Source: Takakia lepidozioides (taxonomy: Eukaryota; Plantae; Bryophyta). From it: a DNA stretch of 64,000 nt. The position numbers and the translations under genes were made by a program. Positions 36,064 to 47,434 of this stretch are shown piece by piece. The notes below the pieces were generated by a model, which saw only the letters and a list, made by a program, of their open reading frames with translations, did not search any database and had not been told where the DNA came from. Positions within the stretch are counted from its first letter, which is position 1. Every line of letters begins with the position of its first letter. The stretch spans positions 6,448,001-6,512,000 of the forward strand of contig CM060732.1 of NCBI GenBank assembly GCA_030704615.1, in the 5' to 3' direction.

Positions 36064-39000
36064 TTACTGTTTCCGAGTAGCAAACCTTTGTGAGTGAGCA
36101 CCTTGTTGACGTTGAGAGTTTCGTGGTGGGCTGTGTGTACGAGCCCGAGGTCTGTCTCTGGTTGATGGAGATGGTTGATCACTACCTGGATAAGTGAGGC
36201 CTTCTGGAGGCTGATATCGAGGTAATCTTTCCGGCATAGGAGATCCCCTTTGTTTCTTCTCTTCCATCTGAATTGCATAGTCTTTTCCCATGTCAAAAGA
36301 ATTTTGTGAAGAAACAGTTATCAGAATCCTCATCGCCTCTCAGGTGTTTTAATTTTCGAACTTTTTGTGGAATCATCTTGGGCATACAATGCTGTCCTAC
36401 CATGTCTGGAAGTTTGCATTTTACGACCTGGTGTAACCGTTGAACAGCAAAATTGGTGTAGACACTGAGCTCCTTGTCTGTCCAAATGAGTGGGGTACCA
36501 ATTACTGGTGCAGCGTGCAAGTATTTCCATGCGATATGTCCCTTATAGAAAATGTCATCAAGTCCGAATTTCTGTGTTGACAAATTGTTGCAGGCTGCTT
36601 GAAACCATGAACGAATTGAGAATCCTTCTGTATCATAACTTTTGGGTCATATAGGTACATATGAGGTGGCACCGAAGGTAATACCCAATGATCTCCACTG
36701 GAGTAACTTTGAAAGCGTGCTTGCATCTTTTGTTGCTCATGTGGGTAACGTATCAGAAAACAAGCAGCGTAGTATAGCCCGCACCCCATGACAATACTTG
36801 CTATCTCCTTGGTCTTGGTATAAATGAGTCCATGTACAACCTGGAAAGCAACCAATTCCCTCAACATGGTACCTGTCCTGCCTCGTGCCAGTATTGTGCA
36901 AATGATCTTCAATATGTCGATTGTTTGGAAGAACTTTAGTCCTGGTTGCCACTGGCAGCCAAATACGCATGATTTGGTAGTAATGTGCGAATGACTGCGG
37001 AGGACTAAATTCTTTCCAAGCCAAATCCAACATGATGGGAATTTGGTTGAAGGGCATAATCATAGCCCTACTGTACTCCCTGGCAGCTGGAGTTTTAGGT
37101 GGGTTAAAAGCTGCATTGCCCCATACCTCCGGCTGTGGTGGCTTGTGGTGTGGTTGTAGTAACCACAGGTTCAGCTACTGGTACACTGACCTGTTGTGGT
37201 GGTGGTGGTACTGGTTCCTGTACCATTGGCATCTCCTGCACCTCCTGTGAAGACTGAAAAGCCAGAGTTCTGGCTTGCAAATAAGAAGCCATTAGCTGTT
37301 CCTGAGGGATATAGACTCTTTGGTCGATGTTTGAAGTGAGGTCTTCCACTTGAGTCTGGAGTCCGTCTACATCCTCTTGTAACTCTGCTATCCTACTATA
37401 GACATTGTCTATAGTAGTTGTGGCAATGTTCTGCACCTGCAGTCTAAGCTCATTCATCTCGCTTTGGGTGAGCTTCCGTGGGGCTTTGCCTTCTACTGGC
37501 CCTTGTGCTAACCAGACCTGCATAAGGCTGTTATCCACCAAGCTGCTTGTGGTTCCCCTGAGAGTTTGCTCCTCTCTTAGCTTATACAATTCCAACTGCT
37601 GTTGTAAAGCCTTCATGCGCTTCGCCTGTGGCTCAACCAATTGCGCATAGGCAGCAAGTAGATTATTGGCTTCTTTCGAAGCCTTGTTACTGACCGCGAT
37701 TTCATTTCTATTGGCCACGATGGTTTGTTGCAACTCCACGATGTATTTCTCTTCTCAGCTTCCATCTGCCTGTATTGCTTGAAAGTATCTTCATTGCGAC
37801 AGATTGTATTCTTCATATCGACAATGAGCTTCATGTGCTCCACATTCTCTTCTTCTTCTTCTTCTGCCTTCGTACATTTTTCCGCTTGACTGTTTATTTC
37901 TTTTGTTGATTGGTCAAGCATAGTTGTAAATGTAGCGCATTGTATCGCCATCCTGTTATGCACTGTCTGCAACTCCGTATGTAGTGCATTCAGTTCTTGC
38001 AACTTGCTTTCATGCTGCACCTGCATTTGGTATAGCTGTTGCTTATGTGCTTCGTGCAACTGGTCTTGCGCGAGGCCTGCCTCAATCAATTGTTGCTTGG
38101 CCAATTGCAAAGCCATTTCTGTATTGGCCAAGTCCTGCTTCATCTTGAGAGTGACCTCTTCATCGACCTTGTTTGCACACTCAGTGGCAAGTCGAGCCTC
38201 AAACTCCTTCCTGAGTTCTTCTTTCAAGGCTGTCAATTGGGTAATTGGAACATGGGTTTTGACATAAGTCCCCAACAAATTAAGTGTCCTGCCTATGGAA
38301 CTCATCAGCATTGCCTGTTGAGGGTCATCATGGTGAGGTTGCTGCTGTTCCTCCTGATCTTCAACAGTATGATGTCTCACTAACCATTCAGACCATTGTC
38401 CCACCGGATTTTCTTCCTGAACTACTTCATTTATGACCGGTGCTACAGTGTCATGGCCTTCCGCCTGTGGTACCTCCGACACAGGTGTGTGCATTATATG
38501 TACCTCAGGATTTCTCTTGGGCAACTGTTGCACCTCTGGATTTCTGTCTGCTTGACCAGACCAGAATATTCATAGAGAAGGTCCCCTTTCTCTATTTCTG
38601 CCACTATCTGTTCTGTAGTTGGAATATCTATCCCTTCACTTTCCAAATCAATTATTTCGGGTTGAGCTGCATGGATAACTTGTGACCTTGTGACAAGTCG
38701 TTCAAGTGGCTGTGTTGGTTGTGATGCAGAAGTAACTTCTTCCTCCCTCTCTGAAGGTCCTGCTTCCAGTAATAACATTCTTTTGTGCTGCTGTGCCCCT
38801 TCCTGGTCATGAGCTTGGGAAACATTATCATGCGGAATCCGTGAAGCCAGTGGATCTGCCACTACAGTCTTTCCCCTTCTCTGCCTCTTAGTCTCGGGTT
38901 GTGCTGCTAGTCCACCCTCACTGTGTGAAGAGCCTTGCTCTTCCATTGCAGTTGTTTCTGGCTCAAACACTCCCATTTCCTTCCTTTCTTGTGCATTAAG

Positions 39001-39840
39001 TATGCCAGAATCAAGGATTATTTGAGCAATGATTGGGCCAGACACTATGATAGGAGATTTTGCGGTAGTACCTTGTAATCTTTTCATCTCCTCTACCAGT
39101 GCGTTGTACATTATGTCCGCCCATGGTACCTCTTGTCCCTTCAAGCCTTTGAGGATTTCCTCTGTGAAGGATCTGCTCAAATATTGTTGGTTCTGTTTCA
39201 GGGCAATCAGAACGTTCAATACTTGGCCTATGTCTTTTAACCCTGGGTACACAGCTTTGGTACAAGCATAACCCTGAGTTTTAAAGAAACTCCCTTCTTG
39301 GAATAAATCCCCTATTTGCAGTCTTTCCCTGTGTTCCTCCACATACACATGACCTGCTGGCAATCGAAACAATTGCTGGAGGTATAGGGGAGTAATCATT
39401 AATTCAACTCCCTTCACCGTTGTTGTTCCTGTCTTTGGCTCAAAGTTCTGCAAAAATTGTAACATGTACTGTCTATGGTGTAGTGTCCAATCCATGCTTT
39501 GCAATCCTTCCAATCTCAGCTCCTTCAGTATCTTTATCGCCTGTGGGGTAGCCATCGTTTGTTTCTGCAGAATTGTGGTGCTCTTCACCCTGATTTCCTC
39601 CATTCCTCTCACTCTCTTCATCTTAGACTCACAGAACTGCTTTGGCTGTAACAACTGCAGGAATGCCTGTAGTGCACAAAGCAGAAACGTATGGTTGCCG
39701 CAGAAAGCTATGGGTAATCTCTTGTAAGCCTGCGGGGCTTGCAAGCATTGTTCAAGAGAAAAGCTCTGCTCTTTCGTTTCGTGTCTCTGCCATTGCGTAA
39801 GTAATATTGCGAGCGTATAGTCTGTTAGTTCCTCCATAGT
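36064..39840 (-). pseudogene. Extra 3' ORF region of the gypsy element (env-like position): globular N-terminal part, long coiled coil, aromatic-rich C-terminal part; frameshifted
   Basis: Overlapping same-strand ORFs 38494-~39840, 37613-38533, 37104-37739, 36737-37063, 36502-36912, 36293-36583 and 36064-36333 lie between INT and the PPT. Strong Q/E/L heptad composition at 37300-38300. Confidence 0.6.
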
Positions 39841-40309
39841 TTCCAAGTTATAGCATTTATGGCCTGTCCTGTCGAGACGCCCGTTACTCAGAACGACGCC
39901 GCCTCTTGCGCTTAATTTCCCTCCATTTTCTTGATCATTTCTCTGGTTTTCTATTGGCTGTATCCGCTGTGACTGGATTTTAACTTTTATCTTCTTTAGT
40001 GGACTTTCCCTGTTGGATAGTCCACTAGGATCACACATGCGACATGAATTCAGTTTTTCTGTACTTGCCGTTCGTTCTGTTTCCCTTTTTCCGTATTCAT
40101 TAATGGGCCCGCCTTTCATCCCTTTTGACGGCCGTTCTTGTCCTCTTTCTTTTTGACACCTGTCCTTGCACTTCATTCTCTGCTGTGTGTCGCACCCTGA
40201 CCTCCACGTGTCTATTTTTAAATTAATTTCCGTTTCTTCTTCCTTCAGCCATTTTCCTGAAGTTTTTATGTGTCCACTTGTCACTGATTCTATGGATCGT
40301 GTAACTTTA

Positions 40310-40580
40310 GTAGGCTGTGTTGAGCTGTGACAGGCTGTGTCATACTGTGTTACGCTGTGATAGGCTGTGTTGCACTGTGGTAAGCTGTGATAGGCTGTGA
40401 CACGCTGCGGTAGGTTGTGATAGGCTGTGTCACGTCGTGACGGGCTGTGATAGGCTGTGTCACGCCGTGATGGGCTGTGATAGGCTGTGTCACGCCGTGA
40501 TGGGCTGTGATAGGCTGTGTCATGGGCTGTGATAGGCTGTGTCACGCCGTGATGGGCTGTGATAGGCTGTGTCACGTTTG
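40310..40580. repeat. 30-bp tandem repeat (GGGCTGTGATAGGCTGTGTCACGCCGTGAT) just downstream of integrase
   Basis: About 8 degenerate units, translated as (DTAYHSPSRR)n in the ORF track. Confidence 0.9.
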
Positions 40581-43500
40581 TTTTGCCCACCCCGGTCATA
40601 TATACTGGGCCTAGCGACAAGTGTTCCATACTCCGTTCGTAACACTGGTGCAGCCCGTGACTGCTCTTGCGGTTCAACATGCAAATCATGCTGCAGGGGT
40701 TTGTCATGGATACCACTGTACCCCTTCAACTTATTTGCATTGACTCTTCCCAGCATTTCTTTGTTAATGGTTTGTAACATGGCTGTGTTGTTATCATACA
40801 TCTTTTGTATGACATAAGGTCCTTTCCATGGTGATTTAAGCTTAGAAGCTTGAATCTTTCCTTTCTTCTGCAACCATAGAACCAAATCCCCCGTCTTAAA
40901 AGTCTTTAACTTGCCTTCATCAAACTGTTCCTTTCGCTTCATCTGAATTCTGGTCATATTATCAGCTGCATCAGCACGTACTTCTTCCACATGGTATAAT
41001 TCATGTTTCCTGACCTTGATGGAGTCTTGCAATTCCATTCTTTTTCCCCACTCCGTTCTCATGGTAGGTAACAGGAATTCCACTGGAAGTAAGGCTTCCA
41101 TACCATAAACTAATTGGAATGGTGTATACTTAGTGGTGACTTTATACGAAGTCCTGTATGACCACAAAGCTGTCAGCAGCTTTGTATCCCAATCCGTTCT
41201 GTTTGCATTGACTATCTTAGCCAAGATAGTACATAGTATTTTGTTGGTAGCCTCTGCCTGCCCATTACCCTGTGGGTAATATGTTGTACTCTTTCTATGC
41301 ACAATCATAAACTCTTTAGTCAATAACTCAATGGTCTCATTCATGAAGTGACTTCCTTGATCACTGATAAATTCTAAGGGACATCCAAATCGTGTAAGTA
41401 TGTTCTCGTACAGGAACCTTGCTGTGGACTTGGCTGTGTTGTCCCTCAAAGCTTTAGCTTCCACCCACTTTGTAGTATAATCAGTGGCTGTAATTATGTA
41501 CCTGTTTCGTGTATTCTTGGATGGTGGATTAATTGGTCCAACAAAGTCTAGTCCCCATTTCTGAAATGGTTCCGTAGGCATTGTAGGATGCAAGGCCATT
41601 CTTCCAGATCTCTGCAAAGGTCCTAGCCTCTGACATTCATCACACTTCTGACAATACTCATGTACATCTTTGAACAAAGTAGGCCACCAGTATCCTGCGA
41701 GTAGTATCTTTCTACTGGTAGTCTCTTCTCCAAAATGACCTCCAGCCACTCCTTTATGAACTTCCTCCAAGACTTTATTTACTTCATGGTGGTACAAGCA
41801 TCGTTTTAGTACTCCATCAGGTCCTAACTTATACATTCTGCTTCCTACCATAGTATAAGGTAAAGCTCTGATAGCAATTCTCTTCCTCTGCTCCTTACCA
41901 TAACTAGGTGGGCACTGACCATGAGCAAGGTAGTATCTGATTGGCCACTGCCAATCTAACCATTCATCTGCACTTCCTTGCACCTCCATTACAAATAAAC
42001 TCGCATCAGGTAACTGATCGTCCACTCCTGTGGCGGCCTCTCCTGTTGTTAGTCGTGACAAATGATCTGCCACAAGATGCAAACGGCCAGGCTTGTAAAT
42101 AACCTCGAACTCAAACTCATGCAAGATTATTAACCACCTCGCTATCCTTCCACTTATCAAAGGTTTGTTCACCAGATATATCAGAGCCTGGTGATCCACA
42201 TAAAACATAAACTTTCTTCCCAATAGGTAATGCCTGAATTTCTTCACTGCATAGATCATTGCCAATGCTTCTCTTTCCGTTGTGCTATAGTTCCTCTCAG
42301 CACTGTTCATCAACCGGCTAGCATAGTACACAGGTGAATCTATATTCCCTGTAACATTCTGGGCTAACACCGCTCCCAACGCTTCTCCTGATGCATCGCA
42401 GTGAACATGAAATACTACATGCCAGTGAGGGTTAATCAGCACAGGTGTAGTTGTTACTGACAGTGTAAGTTCCTCAAACGCCTGTTGACATTCAGCTGTC
42501 CATGCAAACACTGCATCTTTCTTCAGAAGCTTGCTCAATGGTGCTGCTATTTGTGCATACCTTTTGACAAATCTTCTGTAATAACTGGTTTGCCCAAGGA
42601 ATCTCCTTAAACTCTTAACATTCACTGGTGGTGGAGAGACTTTAATGGACTCTGTCTTCCTGGGATCCACAAGAAGTCCCTTCTTACACACAATGTGTCC
42701 CAGAAGCACCCCTGAGTTCACACAGAAAGTACACTTCTCTGGATTCAAGCCCAGACCTCTCATCCTGCATCTGGCCAGGCATAACTCCAATTTATGCAAG
42801 TGCTCATTCTTAGAGCTGTACACACTGAAATCATCCAAAAACACCTGCATGAAATCATCCAGATACTCTTGAAAAGATTCACTTATCACTCTCTGAAAGG
42901 TCGCTGGTGCATTACAAAGTCCAAAGGGCATGACTTTGTATGCATAAGCCCCCCAGTCTGTGATGAAAGCTGTTTTCCCTTGGTCTTCTTCTGCCACTTG
43001 CACTTGATTATAACCACTGAAGCCATCCATGAATGAGTACATCTCATGGCCTGCCACAGTGTCTAATACTGCTTCTGTGAATGGCAAAGGGAAAGGATCT
43101 TTCTTCGTACAAGCATTCAGCTTCTTATAGTTCACACATACTCTTAGTTTGCCATTCTTCTTGGGAACTATAACAATGGGTGACAACCAAGTTGTATACT
43201 CTATTGGGTATATAAACTTAGCCTCAGCCAACTTCTTTATCTCTTCTCCAACCTTCTGTGCGTAGTTGGGATTCATTCTATACCTCGCCTGCTTGATTGG
43301 TACTGACCCTGGTTCCAGTTCAATTTTATGCTGACAGACTTCAGGTGGTATCCCTTTTAGATCCTCATAGCTCCAAGCAAATACATCTCTGTATTTGATG
43401 AACAAGCTTTTAGCTTCTTCGAAGAATTCCGGCTCCAAATCAGCTCCTACTTTCACCATTCTCGGTTCCTCCTGAGTTCCCACATTTACTTCTCTCACCT

Positions 43501-43699
43501 GCTCATCAGCTGTGATTGTCCAACCAGTCACCACTTCATCCTGTAAGCTCACAGTGGCTGGTTCTTCTAGGATTTCTATTTCTCCTTCTCTTTCTTCATA
43601 GAAATGTGATGGGTAAATGCTGGTTTCTTCTTCAGTTGGTGTTGCTGTCACTACACCACAGCAGATACCTCTCAAACAACTTAGGCTTTCCAGCCGCAT
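40520..43699 (-). CDS. pol: Pol: reverse transcriptase, RNase H, integrase
   Basis: MPFGLCNAPATFQR, VFLDDF, HCDASG, NYSTTEREALA, HHCC (H...GGHFG...CQKCDEC), WGLDFVGP, SDQGSHF, NGQAE, WKGPY; 1059-aa open frame. Confidence 0.97.
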   Translation of the reverse strand: MRLESLSCLRGICCGVVTATPTEEETSIYPSHFYEEREGEIEILEEPATVSLQDEVVTGWTITADEQVREVNVGTQEEPRMVKVGADLEPEFFEEAKSLFIKYRDVFAWSYEDLKGIPPEVCQHKIELEPGSVPIKQARYRMNPNYAQKVGEEIKKLAEAKFIYPIEYTTWLSPIVIVPKKNGKLRVCVNYKKLNACTKKDPFPLPFTEAVLDTVAGHEMYSFMDGFSGYNQVQVAEEDQGKTAFITDWGAYAYKVMPFGLCNAPATFQRVISESFQEYLDDFMQVFLDDFSVYSSKNEHLHKLELCLARCRMRGLGLNPEKCTFCVNSGVLLGHIVCKKGLLVDPRKTESIKVSPPPVNVKSLRRFLGQTSYYRRFVKRYAQIAAPLSKLLKKDAVFAWTAECQQAFEELTLSVTTTPVLINPHWHVVFHVHCDASGEALGAVLAQNVTGNIDSPVYYASRLMNSAERNYSTTEREALAMIYAVKKFRHYLLGRKFMFYVDHQALIYLVNKPLISGRIARWLIILHEFEFEVIYKPGRLHLVADHLSRLTTGEAATGVDDQLPDASLFVMEVQGSADEWLDWQWPIRYYLAHGQCPPSYGKEQRKRIAIRALPYTMVGSRMYKLGPDGVLKRCLYHHEVNKVLEEVHKGVAGGHFGEETTSRKILLAGYWWPTLFKDVHEYCQKCDECQRLGPLQRSGRMALHPTMPTEPFQKWGLDFVGPINPPSKNTRNRYIITATDYTTKWVEAKALRDNTAKSTARFLYENILTRFGCPLEFISDQGSHFMNETIELLTKEFMIVHRKSTTYYPQGNGQAEATNKILCTILAKIVNANRTDWDTKLLTALWSYRTSYKVTTKYTPFQLVYGMEALLPVEFLLPTMRTEWGKRMELQDSIKVRKHELYHVEEVRADAADNMTRIQMKRKEQFDEGKLKTFKTGDLVLWLQKKGKIQASKLKSPWKGPYVIQKMYDNNTAMLQTINKEMLGRVNANKLKGYSGIHDKPLQHDLHVEPQEQSRAAPVLRTEYGTLVARPSIYDRGGQNKRDTAYHSPSRRDTAYHSP

Positions 43700-45013
43700 C
43701 TCTGCAACCTGCTCCCATTCTGGGTGTGCAGCAAATAGGGTAGCTTCCTGCTCCTCATCCAGTCCTCCCTCCAGTCATACTCTCTGACTCCTCGAGGTCT
43801 TCTTGTAGCAGGTAATCTACTAGATTTCTTTGTGGTAATTTGTATCTCGTGCATCCCATTATGCACAGTTAGTAACTGAGAATTCCAGTCATGGAATACC
43901 CTGGCCTGTTTCAGCCACGGACGTCCCAATAATAAGGAGTAAGCCTCCATGACTTCATCCATTTTTAATACAGTTACTGTGATCATAAAGATCATTTTCT
44001 GTATCTGTATCTTAACTCCTCTTATTAATCCCAATGGCTGTACACTTCTTTGATCTGCCATTGTTACTGTAAATGGGGCTGGTTTCATGTTACTTAGACC
44101 AAGCTTCTTCCTTAATTGGTCTGTCATGATATTTACTCCAGAACCACCATCTATCAGTACATCAGTTAGTTCTGTGCTTCCAATTCTCAATTGGATTACT
44201 GGCATAGAATCATCAAAGTCCATGACTGGTTCTCGCCCTTCCGGCTTCACATTATAACTGGTCACCTTGCTGTTCAGGTCTGTGTTTCCTGTCTCTTGGG
44301 CAATTCGATTGATTGCCTGATACAGCCTGTGCCTACAATAAGGTGCCACAGCTAATAGCTGTCCAATGGTAATTTCTGCTTTGGTCTGACATATTACTTC
44401 AGCCAAAGTCTCTTCATTACTTTGCATGTCTGCATCTTCTTTTTTCCTTTCTTCCTCACTCCCCTCTTTTTCTCCATCCGAATCAGAGGAATCTGCCACA
44501 GGAATATCAGTACTCTTTTGCATTTCCCTTATAGTATCTGCCACTTCCTTGTGCAGTTCCTTCTCATCTTTCCAAGTCTCTTCATCTTCAGGCATATCAT
44601 TGCCACTTCCAGTCTCATCTTCTTCCTCTTCTACTGGAGGTATTAGTTTGGCTTTACTTCTTGTTACTATCATTGTACTTACTTCTGGTACAACACATGG
44701 CCTAACCATGTGAGCTGCCACCACTGGGCCCTCATTCACAGGAGCTCTCATCTCATTCTGGTGTCTTATCCAGAATGAACAGGCTGCCTTGCGATGTCCT
44801 GGCTGATTACAATAGTAACATAGCTCTTCACCATTGGGTCCTCGCCCTTGGTCTGTTCTTGGATTATTTCTATAATCCTGATTCCCGGGCTGGTAATTCC
44901 CCCTTGGATTACCCTGATAGTTGCCTCTGGAATTTCCTTGGTAATTCCCTCTTGAATTACCTCTCCCTTCCATGCCATTGTTATAACCACCAGACCTACC
45001 ATAGTGGTCCTGA
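43681..45013 (-). CDS. Gag C-terminus (CCHC) and aspartic protease, frameshifted relative to both gag and RT
   Basis: CYYCNQPGHRKAAC, VLIDGGSGVNIM, LLLGRPWL. Confidence 0.92.
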
Positions 45014-46717
45014 TCATTGCTTTCTTCTTGGCTGGGGCTGCACCTGATGCACCCTTACTTGCCTAGGTTCTCTTGCAGCTGTCCTTCTGTTGTAGTAACA
45101 ATTCTCAGTAGAATGGTTATCCATTTTACAGATAGTACAGTGTTTCTCCTTCATGTGGCATTCTGTAGTGGTATGGCCTTCATTCTGGCACTTTGCACAC
45201 CATACACCCTTCCTCCAATGTGTTGCAGCCTCTGTGGCATACTTCTTCAAGATTTCTTCCAATCTTTTCTCATAGTTATCCCTCTTCAACTTTTCCTTTC
45301 TCTTACTCTTTCTTTTTAGTTCTTGCTCTTCTTCTTCATCTGACTCATCTTCAGAGTCCTCATCTTCCTTTTTCTCTCTCCTGAGCATTCCCAATTGCTC
45401 AATTCTGTTTGCAGTTTCAAATGCCTCCTCCACTGTATTATGGGGTAACATATCCACTTTCTTCTGCAACTCTGGTCTTAGTCCACTCACAAACCAAGTC
45501 TTCTGTAAACCGGGTGCTGGTACTGCAGCCAGCTTTTTCATCATCAATTCCATCTTCTCCATATACTCTTCAACAGTTTCATGCTTCTTCTGCTTCAGCT
45601 GTTGTAAACTTCCATACACTTCATCCTCAGTTTTACTTGTCCTGAACCTATTTCGAAATGCTGTATTCAAGCCATTCCAGGTTAGGAAATGATTATCAGG
45701 GAATCTTGCATACCATTCACTTGCTTTCTTGATAAGTGAACAAGGAAACAGTCTCATCTTGGCATCATCGCCATTCTCATTGTTCACTATACACATGTGC
45801 TCAAATTGGCTAATGTGTACATCGGGATCCCCTTTTCCTGAATATATTGGAAAGGGTGGTTTTGCCCGTGTTGGTTGTAACGCCATCTGTGGCCCTACCT
45901 TCTGCCCACTGACAGGTGCTGGCACCCTTGCTGGTGCTGGTCCTTCTGGACCTGTTGTTTTTGTGGTGGATCTTCCACCAAGTGGTGGCCCTTGAGCACT
46001 CCCTGCTTCTGGCCCCACGATATTCACAGTATTCCCAGCTTCAGTTGCACTACTTCCCACACTCCCTGTCCCCCCAGAGCCAGATCCAGGCAGCCCGCCT
46101 GATCCCCCTGAGCCGACACCTTCGTTGGCCTGTGATCCAAGTGCTCCACTTGATCCAGGTCCAACGGGTTGGGATGTCCTGGTTGTAGTCTCAACCTCAG
46201 CTGTTGGGTCTACTTCTTCATATTCTTCCTCTTCCAATTTCTTCTCTCTGTTTTCATCCTCCAAGTTCTGCCCTTGGGTTTCTTCTTCACTCATGTAACT
46301 CAACTGTAATGGTGTTGGAGAGTCTGAACTCTCCGTTGGCTCTGCCACATCCTCATCTCCTTCTTCATCTTCTGCTTCAGAAACTGGAGTTCCTGCTTTT
46401 GGTGTTCCATGCCAACTCTTATCAAAGATTTCTGTCAAGTCTTTTATCCAAGGATGTACCTCAGATCTTTCACCTCGTGATTGATCTTCTTCCTGTACCA
46501 ATTCCCTTAATCTTTCTTGCAAAGAAACAGAAGGAGTGGCATCCAACTCTAGTTCTTCCGGTATAGGTGATGCACTTTTTGATCTTGATGGTGTGAGAGG
46601 TCCAGATGATTCCCCTATGTCTATTCCTCTCTCCCAAAGATATGGATAATTAGCTTTCAGATAGCTTTCTCTTTTTGATGAATATCTTTGTCGTCTAGCT
46701 TCTCTTTCATCACTCAT
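45014..46717 (-). CDS. gag: Gag
   Basis: YSGKGDPDVHI, LFPCSL...ASEWY, LKQKKHETVEEY, WFVSGL, tandem zinc knuckles CAKCQNEGHTTTEC and CTICKMDNHSTENC. Confidence 0.93.
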   Translation of the reverse strand: MSDEREARRQRYSSKRESYLKANYPYLWERGIDIGESSGPLTPSRSKSASPIPEELELDATPSVSLQERLRELVQEEDQSRGERSEVHPWIKDLTEIFDKSWHGTPKAGTPVSEAEDEEGDEDVAEPTESSDSPTPLQLSYMSEEETQGQNLEDENREKKLEEEEYEEVDPTAEVETTTRTSQPVGPGSSGALGSQANEGVGSGGSGGLPGSGSGGTGSVGSSATEAGNTVNIVGPEAGSAQGPPLGGRSTTKTTGPEGPAPARVPAPVSGQKVGPQMALQPTRAKPPFPIYSGKGDPDVHISQFEHMCIVNNENGDDAKMRLFPCSLIKKASEWYARFPDNHFLTWNGLNTAFRNRFRTSKTEDEVYGSLQQLKQKKHETVEEYMEKMELMMKKLAAVPAPGLQKTWFVSGLRPELQKKVDMLPHNTVEEAFETANRIEQLGMLRREKKEDEDSEDESDEEEEQELKRKSKRKEKLKRDNYEKRLEEILKKYATEAATHWRKGVWCAKCQNEGHTTTECHMKEKHCTICKMDNHSTENCYYNRRTAAREPRQVRVHQVQPQPRRKQ

Positions 46718-46738
46718 GTCCCATGTCTTTCATTTCTT

Positions 46739-47434
46739 TTAATGTGGCAATAACCAAAACTCTCTTCTGTAATATCTCTCGTATATGCCTGGATTTCTTT
46801 CAAGCTTCAATGCACCCTTGGCTATACTTGAAGTCTCCGTTACCATATAACCATATGGCAAACAAGTCTGAAAAGCTGTTCTTGGTGTGAGTTTGATCCA
46901 CAAAATATCCTTTGGAATCCAATTCTTTACCAGTACAAGCTCTTCATGCATATGAGTATAAACATTCACCTTTCTTTCTTCCCAGCCTTCAAACTCTACT
47001 CGTTTAATGGATAGCAACGCTATCACATAAACTAATGTTGGTAACCAACGTGCTCTTCCTCTACAGGCTACCTGATAAATCTTTATCACTCCTTTCTCCA
47101 GACCCCATTCTGGATCAGCATCATGCACTCGTTTAAGAATATTTTCTTTACATCCGTCTGGCAATTCCAAGAACCTTTGAAAGAATTGTTTGGACAATCT
47201 TTCTTCCTTCGTTCCACAGGGAATTTGATTCACTTCAAATTCTTTAATGGTCCAACCACCATGATCCCACCAGATGCCTGTCACATCTGGTTGTTCATGT
47301 CCCAGGTCCCCAGTATGGTCGCCAAATGTCGCGCGGCTTTTACTCACCCATCCCTTCGCTATCCGAGGCGGAAACTCCAAGATAGAAGAGTTGGAAATCT
47401 CTAAGTACTCAGCCCGCGCAGAACAATCAGTCAT
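46739..47434 (-). CDS. Extra 5' ORF upstream of gag (unknown function); annotated ATG lies inside the 5' LTR
   Basis: 231-codon open frame crossing the LTR/PBS boundary and ending 21 bp before the gag ATG. Confidence 0.5.
   Translation of the reverse strand: MTDCSARAEYLEISNSSILEFPPRIAKGWVSKSRATFGDHTGDLGHEQPDVTGIWWDHGGWTIKEFEVNQIPCGTKEERLSKQFFQRFLELPDGCKENILKRVHDADPEWGLEKGVIKIYQVACRGRARWLPTLVYVIALLSIKRVEFEGWEERKVNVYTHMHEELVLVKNWIPKDILWIKLTPRTAFQTCLPYGYMVTETSSIAKGALKLERNPGIYERYYRREFWLLPH
47307..47324 (-). promoter_or_regulatory. Primer binding site TGGCGACCATACTGGGGA (probably tRNA-Arg)
   Basis: Starts with TGG 2 nt after the 5' LTR CA end. The tRNA assignment is an inference from the GGTCG-CCA 3' end. 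Confidence 0.8.

Noticed and set aside
39841-40716. N-terminal ~290 aa of the 740-aa ORF 38494-40716
   Set aside because: It overlaps the pol end and the 30-bp tandem repeat; credible coding sequence probably starts near MEELTDY (~39838).
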